Part shown: positions 35,001-46,800 of the stretch, piece after piece | How positions within the stretch are numbered: position 1 is the first letter of the stretch | Layout: each line of letters opens with the position of its first letter | DNA from: Macrostomum lignano | Taxonomy: Eukaryota | NCBI GenBank assembly: GCA_002269645.1 | Contig: NIVC01000633.1 | Coordinates: 62,001 to 126,000, forward strand | DNA: 64,000 nucleotides | Direction: 5' to 3' | Position numbers and translations under genes: made by a program | Notes under the pieces: model-generated | What the model saw: only the letters and a program-made list of their open reading frames with translations | Database searches by the model: none | Told to the model about the DNA's origin: nothing

Positions 35001-36294
35001 GACTATCCCACCTACCGTTGTCCCGAATCTGCAGAACAGTGACGGCAGTTTCCGATCCACAGATTGCCGAATTGTCGTGGAGGCAGGAGGCGTTGCACAC
35101 GCTGCTGCTGTTCTCGTAGCCGCCAATGCTGCTCCCGCAGAAGCAGTCCTGGCGGCTGATCGCCATGTACTGGAAGCTGCGCCTGCCGCAGCATTCAGCG
35201 CAGGTTTCGAGCGAGCTCAAGCCGCCCCGGTAGCAGGTGAAGTTGAACGAACTCGAGTTGGTCAGCGCAAGGGGAAGGCAGCCGGCGTGCCGAAACACCG
35301 AGCCTGTGGTGTTGGCAGGACCGGAAATCTCCATCCGTGTGACCTGATCGAGACAAACAAATCGGACAAACAGATGGAAACTCACGGCTAGCGATAGGAA
35401 AGAACTCAGACAGAGGCAGCCCAGGCGGCGAGCGGCACCGGGACTCGCTGTCTGAAAAGTTCAGCGCCAGCAGTCTGTTAGCCAGGCCACTTTCGCCGAG
35501 GCTCAGCAGTTTTTGAGCTGCATCGTTCCACCTCATGCACTGCTTGACGCCTCTGTACGGACTGGGCGTGAACGCCGAAGTGTTGATGGACGTCACAGTC
35601 ATAGTGGTGAATCCGTAGACAACTGCTGAGCTCACATTCCCGGAGTACTCTTCTCCAGAGGGCGTTCTTCGACACTTGGCTGCGTCGGCTGAAGAAATGA
35701 AATTGCGTTTTAGGATTGGGTTCATGGCAATGGTTTGAAGAGCAACTCGTCCAGACTGCACAGTGCGCGCTGTCTTCACAGCAGTCAGGAGGACTCACCG
35801 ATATCGAAAAACTGAAAGTAAGACATTATGATCTCCTCCATGCTGTGCAGAACGCTCAGCAAAGCCTTCGTCATGTCGTTCAGCTCCAAATCGTACCGTC
35901 CGCTGGAGAGATCAAACGAGTAAATTCCGATTTTTTCCTCGACGCTTTTCTTTAAGAAAAACTCGCCAAAGGTGACGTCGTTTTGGGGCAGCTTTTTAAA
36001 AATCCTGCTCATGGTAACGGCGTTAGTTGGGCAGATGTACACATCCGGGAACTCGAACTGTAGAGTGGACACGGTCATTTTAGTGAGCACCGGAGCCTGC
36101 AGAAACCTCTCGAACAGGGTGGACAGGTGGTAGGCAAAGCCGCTGTAGGTGGCGAGCAGGAAGGAGACCCAGATCACCCTGCCGATGAGGTTGGACTGCT
36201 CGGAGAAGCGGCCCAGCCCGTGGGCGGTGGTGTAGCCGCAGAACCGCTTCACGGGCGAGCTGAGTCCTTCCGGTGCGTCAGAGCTGCTGCCCAT
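32090..36294 (-). CDS. DEG/ENaC/ASIC-superfamily channel subunit (paralog 2) with a kringle[WSC]-kringle insertion, ~1015 aa
   Basis: 11 exons (36294-35799, 35688-35386, 35303-35016, 34837-34712, 34622-34458, 34375-34234, 34159-34026, 33917-33559, 33480-33281, 32998-32382, 32307-32090) total 3048 nt in frame. Intron positions and phases are the same as paralog 1. TTAHG, FPDVYICP and LVADIGGALGLWSGISILTICE are present. Confidence 0.92.
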
Positions 36295-37839
36295 GGCTGA
36301 GAACTCGGCTGAGAAGTTAACCAATGAAGCTAGTTAGTCAATTTAGTTTTGCGACGCGAATGCAGTTGCTTGCTTGCATTAAAAATGGCATGAAAGCTTG
36401 GTCACCGGCTTATATCGCTCCTGCTGGGGTCGGTCAGTTCATAGCTATGAATAATGACCCCCAGGCTGTCCCTCATTGGCCAGCTCACTCAGAGAAGCCT
36501 GTCACTTGGCTGTGTCGTGGCCTGCTAGCTGACAAGAGAGTAAAAAGAACAGAGTAACAGAGTAATAAAAAGCGAGCCACAAAGTTTCCATCCAAAAAAC
36601 ATTTTGAACAACATTCATTCGGGCGAACACGGCAAAACTGTTGTGCAGTTAATTCTTTTTATAATTGCAGCTGTTTGCTCAAGCTGCAGGGGGTGAGCAT
36701 GCAAGGTGGATAGTACAATGGCACAACTGCAGCCAGAGTGCCTCAGCTGGTACTCAAATTTATTGCACGTGAACGAGTGCATGACAAGTTAGTGACTGCA
36801 AAGATATATAGAAACGATATGGGTGAGTGCAGAATCTCAGGCATTTTGAATCAACTTGAACTGTCCAAATTTTTTCAACAATTTTTCTGTTGCTTCTAAT
36901 AAATAGGGGGGATTCTTTCCTCTCATAGAAATCCGAACAGATGTTAGAGGCGAGTTAGGAAACTCTGTATGCAGCTTAAACCTTTTGTTTTATCAAGGCG
37001 TGCGGGGCAGGGTTGCGAGCCCTGGTGCCTAAGATTATAAATGCAGCTTTTCAAAAAGAATTGAACCAAAATGGTTTCTTTAATACGCTCGTTAGATATC
37101 AGTAAACAGTTGGTCCTCTCGTCCTTATCCAGACTATGTATTCCTTTGCTATTGGCCTTGCCCGATCTCACAATCGTCTTGCGTTAAAAACGTTACCTGT
37201 CACAGGCTGTCACACCACTGACAATTGATGGGATCAGTGACAGCTCAATCCACAAAAATGATATGAAGCAGGTAGCTGCCCACAAAGCAGCCGATTTAAA
37301 CGGAAGCCAATTCGCTAAATGGAGAGCTGAATTTTTCCAAGTTTGAGCTGGACAATAAAACTGATAAACTACTGAGCCTGGTAAAATGCTAATTTGGGTA
37401 AAAGGAGCCTGAGAATTCTGTGGAAGATTGCTTAATGCATGCCTTTCGACCGCCCCGTTCTGACAATTAGTAACAGGCTTGCTGATTAACTCTGAGCAAA
37501 TTGAATTGCCTCTGCGGGTCTGTGGGCCATAAACTGGCAAAAACCGTGCATGCAGGCAGGCAAGCGATGCCAACAGTTATTAGGGATGGGAAATAAAAAA
37601 TACCCAAGCTGCCAGGGGGTGACAGAAGCTCCCTTCCCCTGCGCACCTCAGCACTAATTGGAACTGCATCCTGCATGTTTTTTTTAAGCTGAATGTTTTA
37701 CAAACTGAAGGCAGATGACGTTGCCTTCATACCAGGCACATGAAAGCCGGGCTCTGAGCTGTAAATTGCTTGCACTATCGCCCAGTTCAATGCTATTCAA
37801 TAGTTGATGTACATGATGCATCCTGTCCTTCGATCAAAG

Positions 37840-39320
37840 CGCATGCTGCAGCTGACAGTGTCCCAATGGTCAAAGCACACGCTGCAGCTGACAGTGTCCC
37901 AATGGTCAAAGCACACGCTGCAGCTGACAGTGTCCCAATGGTCAAAGCACACGCTGCAGCTGACAGTGTCCCAATGGTCAAAGCACATGCTGCAGCTGAC
38001 TGTCCCAATGGTCAAAGCACACGCTGCAGCTGACAGTGTCCCAATGGTCAAAGCACACGCTGCAGCTGACAGTGTCCCAATGGTCAAAGCACACGCTGCA
38101 GCTGACAGTGTCCCAATGGTCAAAGCAAATGCTGCAGCTGACAGTGTCCCAATGGTCAAAGCACACGCTGCAGCTGACAGTCCCAATGGTCAAAGCACAC
38201 GCTGCAGCTGACAGTGTCCCAATGGTCAAAGCACACGCTGCAGCTGACAGTGTCCCAATGGTCAAAGCAAATGCTGCAGTTGACAGTGTCCCAATGGTCA
38301 AAGCACACGCTGCAGCTGACAGTGTCCCAATGGTCAAAGCACACGCTGCAGCTGACAGTGTCCCAATGGTCAAAGCACACGCTGCAGCTGACAGTGTCCC
38401 AATGGTCAAAGCAAATGCTGCAGTTGACAGTGTCCCAATGGTCAAAGCACACGCTGCAGCTGACAGTGTCCCAATGGTCAAAGCAAATGCTGCAGTTGAC
38501 AGTGTCCCAATGGTCAAAGCACACGCTGCAGCTGACAGTGTCCCAATGGTCAAAGCACATGCTGCAGCTGACAGTGTCCCAATGGTCAAAGCAAATGCTG
38601 CAGTTGACAGTGTCCCAATGGTCAAAGCACACGCTGCAGCTGACAGTGTCCCAATGGTCAAAACACATGCTGCAGCTGACAGTGTCCCAATGGTCAAAGC
38701 ACATGCTGCAGCTGACAGTGTCCCAATGGTCAAAGGACATGCTGCAGCTGACAGTGTCCCAATGGTCAAAGCACACGCTGCAGCTGACAGTGTCCCAATG
38801 GTCAAAGCACATGCTGCAGCTGACAGTGTCCCAATGGTCCAATTGGTCAAAGCACACGCTGCAGCTGACAGTCCCAATGGTCCAGATGGTCAAAGCACAC
38901 GCTGCAGCTGACAGTCCCAATGGTCCAGATGGTCAAAGCACACGCTGCAGCTGACAGTCCCAATGGTCCAATTGGTCAAAGCACACGCTGCAGCTGACAG
39001 TCCCAATGGTCCAGATGGTCAAAGCACACGCTGCAGCTGACAGTCCCAATGGTCCAGATGGTCAAAGCACACGCTGCAGCTGACAGTCCCAATGGTCCAA
39101 TTGGTCAAAGCACACGCTGCAGCTGACAGTCCCAATGGTCCAATTGGTCAAAGCACACGCTGCAGCTGACAGTCCCAATGGTCCAATTGGTCAAAGCACA
39201 CGCTGCAGCTGACAGTCCCAATGGTCCAGATGGTCAAAGCACACGCTGCAGCTGACAGTCCCAATGGTCCCAATGGTCAAAGCACACGCTGCAGCTGACA
39301 GTCCCAATGGTCCAGATGGC
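37840..39320. repeat. 36-bp minisatellite TGCAGCTGACAGTGTCCCAATGGTCAAAGCACACGC, with a longer variant at the right end
   Basis: About 40 units. Confidence 0.97.
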
Positions 39321-39699
39321 CAAAGCTTGATGTCCCAACAGTGGTTGAATAAGCCGCATACTGTTATAAGCATACATTATTAGTCCAATTGTCAAAAGCA
39401 GCAAAACCACCACGGTGCATTCTCAGGCGGCATGCAAATGCTTTAATAATTTTCACGCGCATGCCTGACCAAGCAATCTAGATTTTACAGCGGACTAGGC
39501 TAGGCTGCTGGCTACTCTGAAAATAAAAAGGCGCAAAGGAACTCGAGTGAAATTGAATCCACGCCAGCGGCAGTGCAGCGCAAGGCGACCAACAGACTCA
39601 CAGGTGCAAATTGGGCACCCCAGTATATTATCAAGACGATGCTCACTCAAACTCTGCTAGCACACGCAAGCCCCAGTCAGCAACATCAAGTCTTTCCAA

Positions 39700-40086
39700 T
39701 CAGTCCTCGCCAGCGTCCTCGTCCGCCTCCTCGCTGTTGATGTTGAAGTAGCGCAGCTCGAAGGTCTCCCGGTTGGAGGCGACCACCCGCAGCCAGTCGC
39801 GCAGCGAGTTCTTCTTCAGGTACTTCTTGGTCAGGTACTTGAGGTAACGCTTGGAGAACGGGATGTCGGCCGTGACCGTCACCTTGCTCTTGTTGCGCTC
39901 AACGTTCACCAGGTTCTGCAGGTTGTTGGTCTTGCCCTGCACCTTGATGCGCTCGGTGAGGAACTTCTCAAAGCTTGCCACGTCCATGATGCCGTCCTCA
40001 ACGGGGTGCGTGCAGTCCAACACGAACTTGCTGGTCTGCTTCTTCTTCTTGCCCTTCAGGTTGGACCGGCGTGGCACCTTCGGCAT
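39700..40086 (-). CDS. RPL22: 60S ribosomal protein L22 (eL22)
   Basis: [24 protein letters not shown]...[27 protein letters not shown]...ELRYFNI. Acceptor 5 nt before the ATG; likely non-coding exon 1 ending at 40921. Confidence 0.97.
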   Translation of the reverse strand: MPKVPRRSNLKGKKKKQTSKFVLDCTHPVEDGIMDVASFEKFLTERIKVQGKTNNLQNLVNVERNKSKVTVTADIPFSKRYLKYLTKKYLKKNSLRDWLRVVASNRETFELRYFNINSEEADEDAGED

Positions 40087-40119
40087 TGCGGCTGCAGCCA
40101 GGTGGCGGGGATGAGGGTT

Positions 40120-40900
40120 GCCAAGGTTTGATTGCACCTCAGAATGCCTAAATCCCCTGCACCTAAGCATATCTCAGTAGCCAGAATGCTATAGATCTCA
40201 CCCCTAGGCCTATGCATTATCTCAATAGCCAGAATGCTATAGATTTCACCCCTACGCCTATGCATTATCTCATTAGCCAGAATGCTATAGATCTCACCCC
40301 TACGCCTATGCATTATCTCATTAGCCAGAATGCTATAGATCTCACCCCTACGCCTATGCATTATCTCATTAGCCAGAATGCTATAGATCTCACCCCTATG
40401 CCTATGCATTATCTCATTAGCCAGAATGCTATAGATCTCACCCCTACGCCTATGCATTATCTCATTAGCCAGAATGCTATAGATCTCAACTCTACGCCTA
40501 TGCATTATCTCATTAGCCAGAATGCTATAGATCTCACCCCTACGCCTATGCATTATCTCATTAGCCAGAATGCTATAGATCTCAACTCTACGCCTATGCA
40601 TTATCTCAACAGTCAGAATGCCTAAATCTCACCCCTAGGCCAATGCATATCTCATTAGCCAGAATGCTATAGATCTCACCCCTACGCCTATGCATATCTC
40701 ATTAGCCAGAATGCTATAGATCTCAACTCTACCCCTATGCATATCTCATTAGCCAGAATGCTATAGATCTCACCCCTAGGCCTATGCATATCTCATTAGC
40801 CAGAATGCTATAGATCTCACCCCTACGCCTATGCATTATTTCAACAGTCAGAATGCCTAAATCTCACCCTAGTCTTATGCATATCTCATCAGCCAGAATG
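40120..40900. repeat. ~48-bp minisatellite in the RPL22 5'UTR intron
   Basis: About 16 units of TATAGATCTCACCCCTACGCCTATGCATTATCTCATTAGCCAGAATGC. Confidence 0.95.
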
Positions 40901-40989
40901 CTATGCACTAAAACATTTACCTACAAGAGCTGCAAATGCTATTTCAGAGCTACAGCAAGCAAATGGAATACAAATTAAAGTAAAAAGCC

Positions 40990-41012
40990 TTAAATAGCGG
41001 TTGCCTAGCAAC
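40990..41012 (-). promoter_or_regulatory. Candidate RPL22 core promoter: X-box GTTGCCTAGCAAC plus a TATTTAA TATA-like box
   Basis: X-box-consensus motif at 41000-41012; TATTTAA immediately downstream on the minus strand; donor TGTAG|GTAAAT at 40920. Confidence 0.45.
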
Positions 41013-41249
41013 GCTGACTGAAGCCTCGATAATTTATTTTACGAGTCCATGCAAAAATGTATTTAAAGCTTGCACAGTTAGCAGACAGAATAAACTGGAG
41101 GGGTTATGGTAGGAATTGCATAATTTTTACACTTCACTCAACTCCCGACGGATAATGGAAACAAACGGAACAGATGCCGTCTTTTGTCTTTAGCTTAGCA
41201 TACTACTGTACAAAGTAGAGACTTGCGAATTCTTTTCAATCTGCGCCCA

Positions 41250-41807
41250 TCAGCGCATGCCGTGAGGCGGCAGGCCGCCGCCCATCGGGCCGTGCCTGGG
41301 CGGGAAGCCCCTGGGCGGCCCCAGCATTGGCGGCATCCGGTGTCCACCAATGCCGCCGAGACCGCCGCCGGCCACGCCAGAAGGAGGTGGCGGCGGGCCA
41401 CCGCGGAAGCCGGGCGGCGGGCCGGCGCCGTACGGATGGTGATGCGGCGGCTGCTGGTGGTGGCCGAGGCTCACCGGCGGGGGGATCATCGCCCCGGCTG
41501 GCGGGCCGCCGCGCGAACCCAGAGGCATCGGCGGCGGCGGCAGAGACGGCGGAGCCTGGTGGAATCCGGCAGAGGTAGGCGGCGGCGGCGGCATGGACAT
41601 CGGCGGGCCGCGGCCAGGCCTGGCAGCGCCGGACTTGAACGCGGCGGTTGTGTTGTCAACCAGCTTCTGCACCTGCTCCTCCAGCCATTTCTGGTAGTAC
41701 ATGCGAACTGCATCCCGGTGGTGCCGGCCGCTGCAGTGCGTTTTGCGCACCGAACGCGAGTCGTGCGTCAGGAAGGTGTCGCAGTAGTCGCAGTAAAACT
41801 TAGGCAT
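41250..41807 (-). CDS. SNRPC: U1 snRNP protein C (intronless CDS)
   Basis: [30 protein letters not shown] matrin-type zinc finger followed by a Pro/Gly-rich tail. Confidence 0.97.
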   Translation of the reverse strand: MPKFYCDYCDTFLTHDSRSVRKTHCSGRHHRDAVRMYYQKWLEEQVQKLVDNTTAAFKSGAARPGRGPPMSMPPPPPTSAGFHQAPPSLPPPPMPLGSRGGPPAGAMIPPPVSLGHHQQPPHHHPYGAGPPPGFRGGPPPPPSGVAGGGLGGIGGHRMPPMLGPPRGFPPRHGPMGGGLPPHGMR

Positions 41808-41914
41808 GGCATGAAAGTTTGCGGCGTGCAGATGAATTCGCTGGCTTAGAAACTTTTATGCCTGTTCCTTTTATCCTACTGTTAGTAAAAATGTACGAGT
41901 TCAGAATGGCCAGA

Positions 41915-42920
41915 TGAGACTGCAGGTGAGATGCAGGGAATGGCTGTAAGAGACTGCAGGTGAGATGTAGGGAATGGCTGTAAGAGACTGCAGGTGAGAT
42001 GTAAGGAATGGCTGTAAGAGACTGCATGTGAGATGTAGGGAATGGCTGTAAGAGACTGCATGTAAGATGTAGGGAATGGCTGTAAGAGACTGCAGGTGAG
42101 ATGCAGGGAATGGCTGTAAGAGACTGCAGGTGAGATGTAGGGAATGGCTGTAAGAGACTGCAGGTGAGATGTAGGGAATGGCTGTAAGAGACTGCAGGTG
42201 AGATGTGGGGAATGGCTGTAAGAGACTGCAGGTGAGATGTGGGGAATGGCTGTAAGAGACTGCAGGTGAGATGTAGGGAATGGCTGTAAGAGACTGCAGG
42301 TGAGATGTGGGGAATGGCTGTAAGAGACTGCAGGTGAGATGTGGGGAATGGCTGTAAGAGACTGCAGGTGAGATGTAGGGAATGGCTGTAAGAGACTGCA
42401 GGTGAGATGTAGGGAATGGCTGTAAGAGACTGCAGGTGAGATGTAGGGAATGGCTGTAAGAGACTGCAGGTGAGATGTAGGGAATGGCTGTAAGAGACTG
42501 CAGGTGAGATGCAGGGAATGGCTGTAAGAGACTGCAGGTGAGATGTAGGGAATGGCTGTAAGAGACTGCAGGTGAGATGTAGGGAATGGCTGTAAGAGAC
42601 TGTAGGTGAGATGTAGGGAATGGCTGTAAGAGACTGCAGGTGAGATGTAGGGAATGGCTGTAGGAGTGCAGGTGAGATGCAGGGAATGGCTGGAGGAGAG
42701 TACAGGTGAGATGCAGGGAATGGCTGTAAGAGACTGCAGGTGAGATGTAGGGAATGGCTGTAAGAGACTGCAGGTGAGATGTAGGGAATGGCTGTAAGAG
42801 ACTGCAGGTGAGATGTAGGGAATGGCTGTAAGAGACTGCAGGTGAGATGTAGGGAGTGGCTGTAAGAGACTGCAGGTGAGATGTAGGGAATGGCTGTAGG
42901 AGCGCAGGTGAGATGCAGGG
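41915..42920. repeat. 34-bp minisatellite GACTGCAGGTGAGATGTAGGGAATGGCTGTAAGA
   Basis: About 29 units. Confidence 0.97.
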
Positions 42921-43544
42921 AGTGCCCTAAATTCACTTAGTCTTCCTACAAAAACGCGATAAAAACAAAAGAAGTTCTGAATGCAGACAGGCATTAAGAA
43001 TCAACTAATAATTAAATAAGAATTTACTTTGTGAATGGCAATTTAGAGCATTGCCCACCGACATGTGCACACGAAGAATGCAGAATGTGAGCAGACTATC
43101 TCTATCTCTATTGCTGACCAACTATACTCAAAAATCTTGAGCACTATTACAATATATATAAATATGGAAATGAGGAGACACACAGAGCCGCCTTTGGGAA
43201 CCAAAGCAGTTAGGCAAGATGTGAGCGGAGACGGCGCAGGGGAATAAACAACCGGGGATGCTCAAGCCAGAGGCAACTCAAGCAAAATCTCAGAGAGACA
43301 GACAGAACAGAAGAGGCAAAGGAAAGACCGAATTACCGACAGCATTAAGCAGATTAAATTGAATGGATTAGACGCTCGGCTCCGATAGACAAAATGCACC
43401 TGGAAACGCACTGATTGGCATGCTAAATTTGCAAACTGGATTATTCCGAATTAAAGTCGATTTCGCACTCAAGGAACACGGGACTAGCGAATCAGTATGG
43501 AGGCATCACAGGTTCAATAATTACAGAATCAGCTTGAGCAATCG

Positions 43545-43810
43545 ACACTCGACACTCGAGTGACAATCGACACTCACTGACAATCGACTCTCACAGACAA
43601 TCGACTCCCGCTGACAATCGACTCTCACTGACAATCGACTTTCATTAACAGTCGCATCCCATAAACAGTCAAATCCCATAAACAACCAAATACCAAAACA
43701 GTCAAATCTCATAAACAGTCAAATCCCATAAACAACCAAATACCAAAACAGTCAAATCCCATAAACAGTCAAATCTCATAAACAGTCGAATCCCATACAC
43801 AATCGAATCC
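43545..43810. repeat. Two short 17-bp tandem arrays (GACAATCGACTCTCACT; CCCATAAACAGTCAAAT) next to the TXNDC11 stop codon
   Basis: Read directly. Confidence 0.85.
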
Positions 43811-43829
43811 CACTAGCAACCAAAGCTCC

Positions 43830-46800
43830 TCAGTCGGCCCATTGGTCGGCGGCTCCACCAGCCAGTTGCAGCCAGTCGACCTCGACCTCGCCGGACGCAT
43901 CGGCAGCCGCATTGTCGGCCAGCAGGCGCCGCAGCCGGGCCAGCAGCTGCAGGCTGCGGTCCCGCTTCCTGGAGCAGGCGTCCACCAGCCTGGCGCAGCG
44001 GGCCAGCACGCGGCCGAAAGCACGAGCCCGAAGTCGCAGCGACACTGCATTATCGGCATCGCTGGCCGGCTCCAGCAAGTCACCGGCGCCGGCCAGCCGC
44101 CTCCAGTTACCAACGATGAGGCGGCCGAGTTGCCAGTGGGCCTCGGCCAGGCGGTCGCCGGCGAACTGCGCTAGCTCGAGCGCCCCGTCCAGCCGGGCCT
44201 GCAGCCGGATGGCGTGGCCGGCGAGCCTCTCGGCCTGCCAGGCCGGACAGCTGCCGCGGCAGGGCACCAGGCCGGCCCAGGCGCGCGGCCCAATAGAGGC
44301 GGCCGAGTGGCGCGCGAGGAAGTCCAGCAGGCCGGCAGCGGTGGCCGGACCGTTGTAGGGCACTGGGTCGGACCCGGCATCCCCGGGGAACAGTAGCAGG
44401 GCCGGCAGCCGGGACGGCTGCCAGGTGGCGTCCAGGTCGTTGGCGGACACGTCGACGAAGCCGATGGGCAGCCGGCTGCCGAACAGCAGCGACAATCTGG
44501 TTGTCATGGCAACTAGCGGGGCGCAGTAGACACAGGCGGGGGAATGGAACAGCACCAAGGCGTCGCAGCTGCGGTTCAGCGCGAAGCCGGGCAAAGTGGC
44601 AGCGGTGAGGGTCGCCGGCAGGGCGGTCCGGGACGGCGGCATCAGCGGCTGCATTGGCGGCCGGTGGAACGGGCGGAGCTCGCCGGCGTGGTGGCGCGTG
44701 AGGAGCTCCAAGATGGCCTGCAGGCTGGCCGGGCCGGGCAGTCGGGTGGCGGAGCCGCCGCCGTCGGCCAGGTCAACAATGACGGCGTGGCGGACAGCCG
44801 TGCTGGCGGCGGGGCCGAGGAGGCCGCGGAGAAGCTGCGGGTGCAGGCGGGAGCTGGCCAGCGCCAGGCCGAGTGTCCGGTTGCCGCCGGCGGCGCAGGC
44901 AAGGCGGTGAAGGCTGCGGGCGGCGGCGATCAGCTGAGGCGATGCGGCTGCTGCGGAGAAGCCAGACAGACGGTCGGGCGGGTGCGGCGATGAGGCGGAG
45001 AGGCTGGCCAGCAGGCAGAGCCGGTGCAGGCGGCCGCTGAGCATCATGGCCTCCGAGGCCGATGGCCGCTGGCCGAAAAGCCGCTGCCAGGCCGTCGCAA
45101 CTGGCGCATAGCAACCGCCGGCGAGCTCCTTGGAGACGGCGAGGTCCGAGCAAACCCGGCGAAGAGAGGCCGCCTCAGCCGCCAGCCGCCGGTCGTGTGC
45201 CACCCGCGCCAAGGCGGCGGCAATGGCCGTATCGAAGCCGTCTGCGGACTCCGCGCTGTCGTCAGCTTCGGCGGCACCGTCGGCCTCCGCGTCGGAGCCT
45301 CCACCGCTGGCGTTGCAGCCTCGCGCGTACACCGCGTCAACGAAGCGCAGCCAGCTGAGGCCGGGAGAGTCCCAGTGCCGCGGTCCGGGCTCGAACAGCA
45401 GCAGGACGGGCCGCGGCACCGCTGCGGGCCTGGCGGGCAGCAGCAGCTGGTCGGCGAGGCGGCGCGACTTGCTGCCAGGGGACTGCAGCACGGAGAGCCG
45501 CGACGGCCGCCGGTGCTGCCGCAGCCAGCCGAGCAGCTCCGAGCAGCTCAGGGGACGGGCGATGTCCGGTGTCTGGAGATGAAGAGGGCGAGAAGCGGAT
45601 GATGCCGGCTCTGTCTCAAAAGGCCAGGTTGAACCGAATGGATAATGCAAAGAGCATGATGAGACGTGCTCAGGCGCACTGAGCTTTGCTGAATCATCTG
45701 GACTTAATCAGTAAAATATATTTGCTGAATTGGCAGCATACAAACAAGTCACTACTTCCTTTCGCTTCCTGCCTGACAGACCCACAATTTCATGCACATC
45801 CAACAGCACACAAGTAACCTACCAGACTTCAAACCAACCTACCAGACTTCAAACTAACCTACCAGGCTTCAAGCTAAGCTACCAGACTTCAAACTAACCT
45901 ATCAGACTTCAAACCAATTTACCAGACTTCAAACTAAGCTACCAGACTTCCAACTTCAAACCAACCTACCAGACTTCAAACTAAGCTACCAGACTTTAAA
46001 CCAACCTACCAGACTTCAAACTAAGCTACCAGACTTCAAACTAAGCTACCAGACTTCAAACTAACCTACAAGGCTTCAAGCTAACCTACCAGACTTCAAG
46101 CTAACCTACCAGACTTCAAACTAACCTACCAGGCTTCAAGCTAACCTACCAGACTTCAAACTAAGCTACGAGACTTTAAACTAAGCTACCAGACTTTAAA
46201 CCAACCTACCAGACTTCAAACTAAGCTACCAGACTTCAAACTAAGCTACCAGACTTCAAACTAACCTACCAGGCTTCAAGCTAACCTACCAGACTTCAAG
46301 CTAACCTACCAGACTTCAAACTAACCTACCAGGCTTCAAGCTAACCTACCAGACTTCAAACTAAGCTACCAGACTTCAAACTAAGCTACCAGACTTTAAA
46401 CTAAGCTACCAGACGCATACCAACCTACCAGAGCCACGTCCTCGCTGCGCAACAGAATGATCTGGCCATTGTGGCCGCACTGGAACTTGTCAGAGGTGTC
46501 GAACTCGGGCAGAAGGAACGGCACCGGGGCGAACATGTCGAAGGCGTGCACCGAGGCGGCATAGAACTGGTGCAGTCCGGGGATCGCGGGCCCCGCAGAC
46601 AGGTTGTAGCAGCCGATGACCACATTCTGTGGGGATTCGCCAGAGTGAGCACTTGCACACCGAGGACTCAATAATACGATACGAAATTGGAAGAGTTAGA
46701 CAACGAAAAGAAGACGCAGTGGACAGAAAGACAGGCACACAGTAAGATTCAGCATTTCAGAGAGCGCATTAGCGATTCCAAGAGAAACAAACTGAAGAGA

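Noticed and set aside
40087-40170. Extended N-terminus of RPL22 from the ORF track (MLRCRG...)
   Set aside because: Starts inside the minisatellite upstream of a clear acceptor (CTGCAG at 40092); the conserved protein starts at MPK.
44500-44513. X-box-consensus GTTGTCATGGCAAC
   Set aside because: Lies deep inside a TXNDC11 coding exon (encoding VAMTT), far from any TSS; probably coincidental.
43842-45602. Multiple overlapping plus-strand and alternate-frame ORFs over TXNDC11 (also over PKD2, SNRPC and the channels)
   Set aside because: Shadow ORFs caused by very high GC3 codon bias on the true coding strand.
45573-45650. ORF 43830-45650 as a stand-alone single-exon gene
   Set aside because: An acceptor at 45573 and four upstream in-frame exons build a full TXNDC11.
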